A stretch of 60,388 bases of DNA from a virus: the IMG/VR virus record IMGVR_UViG_3300045988_119780, positions 1 to 60,388 of that record, one strand, 5' to 3'. The notes beneath the pieces were generated by a model. The model searched no databases. It saw nothing but the letters and a program-made list of their open reading frames with translations, and was not told the DNA's origin. A program made the translations under genes and the position numbers. Below are positions 46,252-53,753 of this stretch, piece after piece (the stretch's first letter is position 1; the number at the start of each line of letters is the position of its first letter).

Positions 46252-46735
46252 CGAAATCATCGCCTTCCGCCAGTGCTTCCCTTTTAGCCTTGGATTGAAG
46301 GTCATCTTTTAAGTTCAAGGCCAGGCTGGTTCTTGACGTAGGCATAAGGCCTAGCTTATCTGCCAATTTGTCAAGCTCCGTGTTTAGTTTGATCTTTAGA
46401 GAAAGGAAACCAGAAGGATCGCCCTTCTCATTTGATCGGCCAGACTTTTTTAGTTCGTCATTACACTTCTTTAGCTCACTCATCATGTCAGCATAGCGGG
46501 CAATGGTGGTTACGTCAGCATTGTTGTATAGCGTAGTAGACTTGAATGTGTCCACAGTTTCTTTGAAAACTTTTTTGCCATAGGCATCTAACCATGTAGG
46601 AACTTTAGACAGCTTGTCATCATCAACAGCTAGCAGCCGTTCATTCTTGATGTTCTGTTTCAATTCCTTCTTGGTCTTGCGGTTTGGATTACCGTTTACC
46701 AAAGCTACTAGGCTTGACTGGATTCTCTGTGCCAT
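46229..46735 (-). CDS. terS: Terminase small subunit (P27-family-like)
   Basis: 168 aa. VPTWLDAYGKKVFKE...LGLMPTSRTSL pattern, upstream of terL. Confidence 0.6.
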   Translation of the reverse strand: MAQRIQSSLVALVNGNPNRKTKKELKQNIKNERLLAVDDDKLSKVPTWLDAYGKKVFKETVDTFKSTTLYNNADVTTIARYADMMSELKKCNDELKKSGRSNEKGDPSGFLSLKIKLNTELDKLADKLGLMPTSRTSLALNLKDDLQSKAKREALAEGDDFDEFGQEA

Positions 46736-46761
46736 TCCTTTTCCCTCCCTTCAAGCAAACT

Positions 46762-46787
46762 AAAAAGGACAGCCGCTATAGCTGTCC
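46762..46787 (-). terminator. Intrinsic terminator after gtfB
   Basis: Minus strand GGACAGCTATAGCGGCTGTCCTTTTT. Confidence 0.7.
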
Positions 46788-46837
46788 TGTTAATTTTCTA
46801 TACTACAAATATACCATCTTTGTCTGCCCTGTTTGTC

Positions 46838-48187
46838 TCAATTTTGTCTCATGAGAACGTTTGATAAAACTTCCTGGAAATGCTCAGCTGTTTCTGACCC
46901 AGCATGGTCTTCTTGCAAGCTAAGCAGGCGAGCATATTCTTTATGATCCGATAATTCTTTGATTGCGGTAATCATTCCTGCTGCATCCCCGGCCGCAAAA
47001 ATGTTTTCCGTTGCTACATACTCCGGTGAATGCAAAGCATCCTTGAAAGCCAAAATCAAAAGGCGATTTTCAAAGGCCTGCCGTCCGGCCTGCAAAATTT
47101 CATTAGCATAGTTGATATCCAAATAGAGGTCATCTTCTTCTAGCAAGCGGGCAACATCCTTTTTCCTGGCGACCGGATAGAGGGCCACGTTTTCATAATG
47201 CCCAAAGCTCATCAGCCGACTGGACATTTCCGTCACGGCAGCAATATCAAAGTGCCAGTCTGGCAAGCCTTCGACCAGCTGCTTGAGGCATTCAATATTG
47301 TCAGAATTGGTTAAGATTAAGGCTCGCTTTCTGGCTTGGCTTTCCCGCTTAAACGGGTAAACAATCCCCAGGTATTTGACCTTCTTAGCCATCTGACCGT
47401 TCAGTTGCCCAGTAATCTTCTTATATTCGCCCCTGTCTTGGACAATCACCCTGCTGCCTGGCAGATTATCTTGTAGAAGATACAGCATATTTTCCGGCAC
47501 GCTTCCTTGATTGTTTTCTTGCCAGAAAAGAATATTGTGGGACGGTTTCCTTTTTAACTGAATCAAGGTGAAAAGACAGTTACCCAGAGAATTAAAGATA
47601 ACTTCATCCAAGTTAAAGTCCGCTTCTTCCAGATAATAGGCCGTCAGCTGATTAATGTTCTTGAAGTTATAAATTTTCCCATTCGGCATATTGTAAGTAT
47701 AATCCCCAGTCAAATGGTTATGAATCAAAACTTCCTGGCCGTTGGAAGCAAAATAGCTAGTCATAGCCTGCCGACCGTTTTTGTCGCAGCTGGTTACTGC
47801 ATACTTCCATCCCCACTGGTTGTAGTGGTCAATCACCCGAACCTGTCCGGACTTATCTAGCCATTCAACCTGGCTAACCTGCCGAAGGTTGTTGCTTTTC
47901 CAGTAGCGGATATCGGCCCGCTTTTGCCCATGATCCAGGACTTCCCCGCCTTGCGAGTCTGCCTTGATTTCCCAAAACTTTGGCAGGTCAATTTCGTTAA
48001 AATAACGGGGACGACCTGCAAATTCAGACCCAGCTAAACGCAGGAAATACCTAAGGGGTGATTCGACACCATCTGGCAAAAAACCATTGTCTTGAATCAC
48101 CACACTGGGGTGCTGGTAGCCAGCCTGCTTCAGCGATCTCTCAAGGTCCTGGCTTTTTTGATTGTAATTGAAGAAAAGATTAATCAC
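46838..48187 (-). CDS. gtfB: GtfB-like partner/chaperone subunit of the GtfA-GtfB protein O-GlcNAc transferase
   Basis: 449 aa. N-terminus (M)INLFFNYNQKSQDLERSLKQAGY matches my memory of GtfB N-termini. GTG start overlaps the gtfA stop by 8 nt. Confidence 0.65.
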   Translation of the reverse strand: MINLFFNYNQKSQDLERSLKQAGYQHPSVVIQDNGFLPDGVESPLRYFLRLAGSEFAGRPRYFNEIDLPKFWEIKADSQGGEVLDHGQKRADIRYWKSNNLRQVSQVEWLDKSGQVRVIDHYNQWGWKYAVTSCDKNGRQAMTSYFASNGQEVLIHNHLTGDYTYNMPNGKIYNFKNINQLTAYYLEEADFNLDEVIFNSLGNCLFTLIQLKRKPSHNILFWQENNQGSVPENMLYLLQDNLPGSRVIVQDRGEYKKITGQLNGQMAKKVKYLGIVYPFKRESQARKRALILTNSDNIECLKQLVEGLPDWHFDIAAVTEMSSRLMSFGHYENVALYPVARKKDVARLLEEDDLYLDINYANEILQAGRQAFENRLLILAFKDALHSPEYVATENIFAAGDAAGMITAIKELSDHKEYARLLSLQEDHAGSETAEHFQEVLSNVLMRQN

Positions 48188-49685
48188 AGTGCAACTCGCT
48201 TTCTATAACCTCTTTCCATAGCTGGGCAACCTGCTTGGCATTATACTTGTCAGCTATTGCATAAGATTTCTCTGACATAACGGCTAAGTCTGATGAGAAA
48301 AGCTTGACAATCGCCTTGGACATTTCATCGATGTACTCTGACACGGTTGCTAATCGATCATATGGCAACAGCAAACCATTCCCCTTGTCAGCAATAAAGG
48401 TTTGGTTTCCATAGCGGACATCAAACCCGACCATAGCCAAGCCTGACCCCACTGCTTCCATCAAGGTAAGACCGAATCCTTCGCTGGTTGAACAAGTCAA
48501 ATAGGCTTGGTAGTGCTGGTAGATATTGTCCATCTGCTGGTGACCCTTTAAGCGAACATAGTCCACAGCTCCAACTTCCTTAATCAAGTCTTCCAGCATG
48601 GCCCGTTCTGAACCTGCTCCATAAATGTCCAAGCTAAGTTTCGGCAATGATTTCTTAGCTTTAGCCACAGCACGAATTGCCCAGTCCAAATGCTTCTCGC
48701 TAGCTAAGCGTGAGGCCGTCACCAGACTGAAAGGCTTGCGTGAGACGAAATCTGGCTTCTTCAATTCTTTTAAGCTGCCCACTGGAATTACATAAATCTG
48801 GGGCTTCTTACCCTTATACTTTAAGAACTGTTCTTCCATCAACTTTTTCTGCAAGTCAGTGGCCGTTACATAAAAGTCAATCTGGTCATCATGCTCGAAC
48901 GTATATTCATAGTAATTGTTCCAAAGGATGGTAGTGTCATTGGTCTCGGCTTCACTGAAGTGCTCAGCGTGAATAACCGTACCCACTTGTGCCTTACCAC
49001 GGTTTTCTAGAATTTCCTGGCCCTGGCCTCCAGCCCGGTCAATCAAGATAATGTCTTCTTTGGAAAAATTAAGTTCCTGCAGCATCTTGATTAAAAGCTC
49101 ATGCTTGGAGTACAGAATTTCATCTTTGAACTTGAAGACTTCTTGGTCACCATCGATGATTTCATCATAAGCGGCCGTTCCATCTTCATTGTAAAAGCGG
49201 CGCTGGTAAAGCTTGGCCCGATTGTTTTCTGGAGCGTAAAATTCGCTGCAGTAGCGACCATAACTATAGTAGTCTTTTCTGACCAAGTTAGCACCGGACA
49301 CGTATTCAACCCGATCAACGATGTCTGATTTCAAATCCTTCAAATAAGCCGTAGCCCAAAAGTCATTAGCAAAGATATAGCGAACCGCCTTGCCTAAGTG
49401 CTTACACTTTATAATTGGTGGTAGAACCTTTTCCAAGTCGCCCAAAGTAAAGCAGCCTGGCCGGATTTCAAAGTCAGTGAAAAAGGTATACAGCCAAATG
49501 ATCTCCTTGTCTTCGAAGCCCAGATTCCTGGTCAAGTGGGCAATGTTTTCATAGCCAATCCAATCAGTAAAAATGAACTTGGCCTTTACTCCCAATTTAC
49601 GAAAAATATGGCCCCGATATGCCTGTGCATATTCAACCCCACTAGAGGCCCAGCCGATTCCCTTGTTGATGCTGTAAACTGTCAT
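48180..49685 (-). CDS. gtfA: GtfA-like GT-B (GT4) glycosyltransferase of the accessory-Sec / protein O-glycosylation type
   Basis: N-terminus MTVYSINKGIGWASSGVEYAQAYR is characteristic of GtfA. GT4 motif CSTSEGFGLTLMEAVGSG. AGGTGA SD before the ATG at 49685. Confidence 0.75.
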   Translation of the reverse strand: MTVYSINKGIGWASSGVEYAQAYRGHIFRKLGVKAKFIFTDWIGYENIAHLTRNLGFEDKEIIWLYTFFTDFEIRPGCFTLGDLEKVLPPIIKCKHLGKAVRYIFANDFWATAYLKDLKSDIVDRVEYVSGANLVRKDYYSYGRYCSEFYAPENNRAKLYQRRFYNEDGTAAYDEIIDGDQEVFKFKDEILYSKHELLIKMLQELNFSKEDIILIDRAGGQGQEILENRGKAQVGTVIHAEHFSEAETNDTTILWNNYYEYTFEHDDQIDFYVTATDLQKKLMEEQFLKYKGKKPQIYVIPVGSLKELKKPDFVSRKPFSLVTASRLASEKHLDWAIRAVAKAKKSLPKLSLDIYGAGSERAMLEDLIKEVGAVDYVRLKGHQQMDNIYQHYQAYLTCSTSEGFGLTLMEAVGSGLAMVGFDVRYGNQTFIADKGNGLLLPYDRLATVSEYIDEMSKAIVKLFSSDLAVMSEKSYAIADKYNAKQVAQLWKEVIESELHCD

Positions 49686-49860
49686 GCTAATCACCTAGAT
49701 CGTTTTTAAAAGAGAAAACAAATTCGTCATTTGATTTACTTTTTATATTAACACCTTTGAGTGGCCCACTCGTTTCATTTTTTTCTCAATGGCCGGCCCT
49801 CCGAAGTCCACACTTTGATTAGGGTTTGGTATAGACCAATAGTCATTGAAAACTATGAAA

Positions 49861-50091
49861 ATGTGACTGAAAGAAAGGCTGTGTGACAGATGCGTCACAC
49901 TTACAGCCATAAGGGTTGTAAGCCATTTCATGTGACACTTGCAGGCCAAATTCCATATATAATATAGAATTCTTCTTCTTCTATATAGAGAAGTATAGAG
50001 AAAAACAGAGAATGCGTCACACTAAAGTGGCTTGAGCCTTACTCTCCAAAGGGCTGAGGGGCATGTGACACATCTGTCACGCCTGTCACGG
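49861..50091. repeat. GTGAC-palindrome element, copy B (paralogue of 16590..16820)
   Basis: GTGAC-N6-GTCAC at 49883-49898 and 50065-50080. Central TATATA..(CTT)3-TATATAGAG. Collinear conserved blocks with copy A, roughly 60 percent identity by eye. Confidence 0.7.
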
Positions 50092-50273
50092 GATGCAGCT
50101 GAGGCCAGGTGATTTTTCAAAAACGAAAATTAAGGTATCTCTGAGTCATTCACGTCATCGTGTGGATGATTGTCTTAAAATAAATCCAAAAAGCCTGTAC
50201 GGGGCTTAAAATCGATTCTAGGGCTATCTGAGCAATCACCTTCCCCACCCCGTGTGGAGATCCCTGCGGGATG

Positions 50274-50302
50274 TTGATTTTTGGTCAGTCATATGCTATA
50301 CT
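50274..50302 (+). promoter_or_regulatory. Sigma-70-type promoter (TTGATT, 17 nt spacer, TATACT with TG extension)
   Basis: Read directly from atgTTGATTtttggtcagtcatatgcTATACT. Confidence 0.55.
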
Positions 50303-50308
50303 ATGTGT

Positions 50309-50722
50309 AATATAAAGATTTAAAAATTAACACCGCAAGAATCAGCAGCCTGGGAAAAGTTTTCCTGGGCTGTCTTGCGTTTTGCCTGGATTGTGCTAGT
50401 ATGGAGATGAACGCAATAAGTTCGCTGAGGTAAGCGCACCCTGTATAGAAAACGGGGTGTATAGCAGACTTACCAAAAACGAATTTATTGCGTGTTCCCC
50501 CCTGGCGCCCGCTCCCCAGCACGGTAAAGGTAATTTTTACCTATAGGGGGGTACTTTACATATCTTTTATTATGTAAAGTTCACGGGTGCTTAACATATT
50601 CTTTATTATGTAAAGTAAATATTAATAGTATGCTATCGAATACTATATAACAGTAATAAGATAATAAACGTTATTTAATATAATACCATAAACAAAAAGC
50701 ACGCTTTTGAACGTGCTTTTTT
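50309..50722 (+). ncRNA. Candidate structured non-coding RNA of about 410 nt (unit R0)
   Basis: Runs promoter to terminator with no credible ORF. Long hairpin CGCAAGA..CAGCC/GGCTG..TCTTGCG, a possible C6/G6 long-range pair, and twin 10-bp hairpins at 50553-50616. Confidence 0.45.
50694..50722 (+). terminator. Intrinsic terminator (A-tract on the 5' side, so possibly bidirectional)
   Basis: aaaaagcacgcttttgaacgtgctttttt. Confidence 0.65.
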
Positions 50723-50780
50723 AGTTGCCTAAATTTTAGTGCTCAAACTTTAGCAGCCTAAACTTCACCGGGCAATAGAC

Positions 50781-50814
50781 AACAGCAGCAACAGCAGTAG
50801 CAACAGCAACAGCA
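50781..50814. repeat. CAG/CAA trinucleotide repeat tract
   Basis: aacagcagcaacagcagtagcaacagcaacagca in non-coding DNA. Confidence 0.85.
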
Positions 50815-50828
50815 CGCAAGGCGGCTTG

Positions 50829-51056
50829 CCTACCAGGTAGCGGCCGGGCAAGCTACCAGGCGCGGCCCGTGTGGTAGATATAGCGGCAAACATGGTAGAT
50901 AGCAGACTCTGCTACTTGCCTACTATAGCTAGACCATGCAAGCGGCCTTGTTCTCTATCGTGTCTAGCGTGCTATATAAGCGGTCTTGTGTGGTCTATGG
51001 TAAACGCTATAGAGTAGTAAGCTAACCGGGCTTATAGTGGCCTTTATAGCGTGCTA
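50829..51056. repeat. Cluster of short direct repeats (iteron-like)
   Basis: CTACCAGG x2 (50830, 50853), TGGTAGATA x2 (50872, 50893), TAGCGTGCTA x2 (50965, 51047) and many TATAG motifs. No ORF. Confidence 0.6.
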
Positions 51057-51104
51057 GCATGCAAGGCAGACCAGGTCAAGAAGTGAAGTACAAATAACCG
51101 CAAT

Positions 51105-51136
51105 AAAAAAGCCCTGACCTGGTAAAGGTCAAGGCT
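51105..51136 (-). terminator. Intrinsic terminator ending the 53349..51143 operon
   Basis: Minus strand GCCTTGACCTTTACCAGGTCAGGGCTTTTTT. Confidence 0.65.
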
Positions 51137-51142
51137 TGCGAT

Positions 51143-51550
51143 TCAGTCTAAGCAGTCATAGCCGGCGCGGTCTAGCATCTTTTTCGCTTGCTTGGTCGTA
51201 AGTGGTAAATCAAAGGCCGGCGAAGTCGGTTCGCTGCTAAATTCTTCGGTCGATACATACCGGCCTTTGACACCGTCAATATATAGCGCGCCGCCGTCAT
51301 TTAACCAGAAACTAAAACGGCTATAGCCGGCTGCCAAAGTGTCAAGGATAGCGGCCGCCCGCCGCCGGCGGCTAATATACCATACTAGCCCGCCGCCAAT
51401 GACGCCGCCTAAAAGAGCCGGCAAAAGCAGGGCCGCTTGGGCTTCAATTGGTCTTACATTACCAAGCAGCCAAAAGGTTCCCGGCCGCTTGGTAGCAATC
51501 CAAAACAAATTATTAAAGAAGTTAACAATATCTAACACAATATCCAACAT
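51143..51550 (-). CDS. Hypothetical single-pass membrane protein
   Basis: 135 aa with TM helix ALLLPALLGGVIGGGLVWYI followed by RRRR; GC-rich codons. Confidence 0.5.
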   Translation of the reverse strand: MLDIVLDIVNFFNNLFWIATKRPGTFWLLGNVRPIEAQAALLLPALLGGVIGGGLVWYISRRRRAAAILDTLAAGYSRFSFWLNDGGALYIDGVKGRYVSTEEFSSEPTSPAFDLPLTTKQAKKMLDRAGYDCLD

Positions 51551-51564
51551 AATTTTTTCCCCCT

Positions 51565-51645
51565 TTATTTATATAAGTAACCAGGATAGCGGCCGGCAAT
51601 AAAGCCAATTACTGAGAATAGAATAATGATAATTGCAATATCCAT
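51565..51645 (-). CDS. 26-aa hydrophobic peptide (MDIAIIIILFSVIGFIAGRYPGYLYK)
   Basis: My own translation. AGGGGG SD 7 nt upstream; tightly packed between flanking genes. Confidence 0.4.
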   Translation of the reverse strand: MDIAIIIILFSVIGFIAGRYPGYLYK

Positions 51646-51654
51646 AATAGCCCC

Positions 51655-52251
51655 CTATAAACTCAGGCCCCGGCATAGCGCTTTTTCTGCTTGCGTGGTA
51701 GCGCCGTAGGGCAAAACGGTAAAGTCTACCGGGTCTGTAGCTACATAGCAGACTGCCAAAGCTTCCGGGTCCTCCCCGTCAAGCAGAGCGGCTGCTTCTT
51801 GTATAGCTCCTTTTTCTTCCGGGTCTGTAGCTTTTGCCGCTTCTTCTTGATAGCACGCTAACCAGGCGGCAACGGTCATAGTATGACACTCATTTAAGCG
51901 GTCGAAGCGATCTACAATCGTTTGCGCTTCTTCTTCCCAATTTTCAACTAAGTTTGCTGCTACGGTATCACCAACGACAAACGCCAACCAAGCGAACATT
52001 TTTCCATAGTCTTCGCAATCCGTCGCGGCCGCGATCAGGTCCCGAACCGTTGCATCGTTTGATGTCCATTCGCCAAAGTTGTTGCTGTGTGATAGTACGC
52101 CGTTTTTTTGGTTGTCGGTCAAGTCGACACCTACCAGGTGCGCCCCGTCTAAGATGTCAAACATATTCACGCCAACGCCGGCCGGGTCGCAAAAGCCATC
52201 CCAAATGAATTCGCCAATTTCTCTTGCTACATAGCTTTCAAATTTAACCAT
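51655..52251 (-). CDS. Hypothetical highly acidic protein
   Basis: 198 aa. Shares the motif W..VVGDTVAANL with 55304..55807 (W..VGGDDTAANL). Confidence 0.5.
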   Translation of the reverse strand: MVKFESYVAREIGEFIWDGFCDPAGVGVNMFDILDGAHLVGVDLTDNQKNGVLSHSNNFGEWTSNDATVRDLIAAATDCEDYGKMFAWLAFVVGDTVAANLVENWEEEAQTIVDRFDRLNECHTMTVAAWLACYQEEAAKATDPEEKGAIQEAAALLDGEDPEALAVCYVATDPVDFTVLPYGATTQAEKALCRGLSL

Positions 52252-52266
52252 TTTTCTAATCCTCCT

Positions 52267-52581
52267 CTAAAAAACATATTCAAGAATGATATTATTAATA
52301 AAGTCATTCGCTTCTGCTGTTAGTTCGCGGCTTGTAGTCGGGAACCCGTTCCATGACGCCATAACCGCGCCATCTACTGTATCAACCCATACAGTGGGCC
52401 CGCCAGTCATGACTAGAATTTCCGCGCCGATAAAGTCGCCTTCTGAGTCTGTTTTAATTTCGACTTCTAAAGAGTCATGCAAGTAGTCAAGCAGGCCGCC
52501 CCGGTCGCAATTTTGGGCGAATTTTTCTAAGTCGTTTACAACTTCTTGTAAGTTTCTTTCAAAAGTTTCTTTTGCTTCCAT
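52267..52581 (-). CDS. Hypothetical acidic protein
   Basis: 104-aa ORF. Confidence 0.5.
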   Translation of the reverse strand: MEAKETFERNLQEVVNDLEKFAQNCDRGGLLDYLHDSLEVEIKTDSEGDFIGAEILVMTGGPTVWVDTVDGAVMASWNGFPTTSRELTAEANDFINNIILEYVF

Positions 52582-52596
52582 GATTATTTTTTCCTC

Positions 52597-53349
52597 CTAT
52601 GCTTCTTTTACTTTTTCGGTCTGGTTTACGCTGAAGAGTGTAACCAAGCGCAAGCCGTCAATTGCTTTCGTTCCATCTTCTTTTACTACCATACGCGGGG
52701 CAAGGATTTTTAAACCGTGCTGCCCCTTGGTTACCTGCCGGCCTTGCTTTAGCCAGCCCCGATAAGTAGACACTTGACCAAGGGCCGGGCCGCCTTGCAA
52801 GTATAAAAGCAGCTTGTTATCTTCGCTATACTTTTCAAACCGGGCCGCAAATTCGGCAGGTACGGCCCGACTTGCAAAAGCTTTGCCAGCATGAAGCAAG
52901 CTAGCAATTGTAATCTTGCCTTCTTTATCACTCACCAAGCCCGGCCCAAACTGAAGGCCGTTCGGCTGTACTGGCTTGTTTGCTTGCTTAGCTGGCTTCT
53001 TAGTAGTCTTTTTAGCAGCTGCCGGCTTTTTGGCGGTTTCCTTTACAGCAGCCGGCGCTGCTGTTTCTTCTTCTTCAATCAGCCCGGCGGCTTTTGTAAC
53101 GGCGGCGGCGCTTACGCTTTTGAAGTTTTCAGCGCCTAGCATGTCGTCGGTTAAGGTGATAGTTTTGTTAGCCGTATCGATCACGATATAAGCCCGGCCC
53201 GCTGCTCTACTTGACTTAAAAAAGCCTTTAGTCTTTTGCGGGTCAACTTTAGCGACGTAAAGTGATTCGCTTAATTCGAACCATTTTTCCGAAAGTTCGA
53301 TTGCCTTTTCTGCTTGATTGTAATCAACTTGCTTTGGTTTAGTAGTCAT
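52597..53349 (-). CDS. Hypothetical protein: N-domain, Lys/Ala/Pro-rich linker, C-domain faintly ArdC-N/ssDNA-binding-like
   Basis: Linker AKKPAAAKKTTKKPAKQANKP. C-terminal STYRGWLKQGRQVTKGQHGLKILAP recalls the ArdC N-terminal domain, from memory only. Confidence 0.5.
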   Translation of the reverse strand: MTTKPKQVDYNQAEKAIELSEKWFELSESLYVAKVDPQKTKGFFKSSRAAGRAYIVIDTANKTITLTDDMLGAENFKSVSAAAVTKAAGLIEEEETAAPAAVKETAKKPAAAKKTTKKPAKQANKPVQPNGLQFGPGLVSDKEGKITIASLLHAGKAFASRAVPAEFAARFEKYSEDNKLLLYLQGGPALGQVSTYRGWLKQGRQVTKGQHGLKILAPRMVVKEDGTKAIDGLRLVTLFSVNQTEKVKEA

Positions 53350-53373
53350 TTTAAAAAGCCCCTTTCTAGGCTT

Positions 53374-53422
53374 GACCTAAAAGGAGCTTTACTGTACTAT
53401 AGTAGTACAGTCCTTTTAGGTC
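53374..53422 (-). promoter_or_regulatory. 49-nt near-perfect nested hairpin in the 5' leader of 53349..52597
   Basis: Outer stem GACCTAAAAGGA/TCCTTTTAGGTC (12 bp) and inner stem CTGTACTA/TAGTACAG (8 bp). Confidence 0.6.
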
Positions 53423-53497
53423 TGTAATAAATTCTGTAGCTCACGGGGCCAGGTTCCAAATTGCCCCCGTGGGCTTTTTCTATTGTTTACACTCTTA

Positions 53498-53525
53498 ATT
53501 ATACTCATTACCGCCGGTAACGCAA
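53498..53525 (-). promoter_or_regulatory. Candidate promoter TTGCGT, 16 nt spacer, TATAAT
   Basis: Minus strand TTGCGTTACCGGCGGTAATGAGTATAAT. Confidence 0.4.
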
Positions 53526-53528
53526 ACC

Positions 53529-53753
53529 TTAATTAAAAGTTTTTTTATTTTTTTCTAGCAGTTGTTTATGTCTTTCAGCCGCCAGTTGGCGAATTTCGCC
53601 AAGCTCTTTAATGCTTGCATGTAGTCTTATATAGCTTTTTACTGAACTGTATTTTCTACTATGTAGCTCTTTAGCTGCCTTTTTGGGATCGGCTTTTAAG
53701 CGCGCCCGATACTCTCTCATATAAGCGGCCCTTTTGGCTTTTTTGTCGGTCAA
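53529..53753 (-). CDS. Small basic helical protein (74 aa); paralogue of 55871..56047
   Basis: TTG start 6 nt after AAGGAGGTG. Sequence (M)TDKKAKRAAYMREYRARLKADPKKAAKELHSRKYSSVKSYI.. Confidence 0.5.
   Translation of the reverse strand: MTDKKAKRAAYMREYRARLKADPKKAAKELHSRKYSSVKSYIRLHASIKELGEIRQLAAERHKQLLEKNKKTFN

Noticed and set aside
50492-50520. GTGTTCCCCCCTGGCGCCCGCTCCCCAGC resembles the start of type I-E CRISPR repeats (GTGTTCCCC...), so a solitary repeat / RNA anti-CRISPR was considered
   Set aside because: Only the first 9 nt match. The segment lacks the repeat's palindromic stem and 3' handle, so this is most likely chance similarity in GC-rich DNA.
50301-50522. 73-aa minus-strand ORF (GTG start) antisense to R0, considered as a type I toxin-like hydrophobic peptide
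   Set aside because: There is no SD within range of the GTG, and the ORF is longer than typical type I toxins. It stays a formal possibility under the R0 finding but is not annotated as a CDS.
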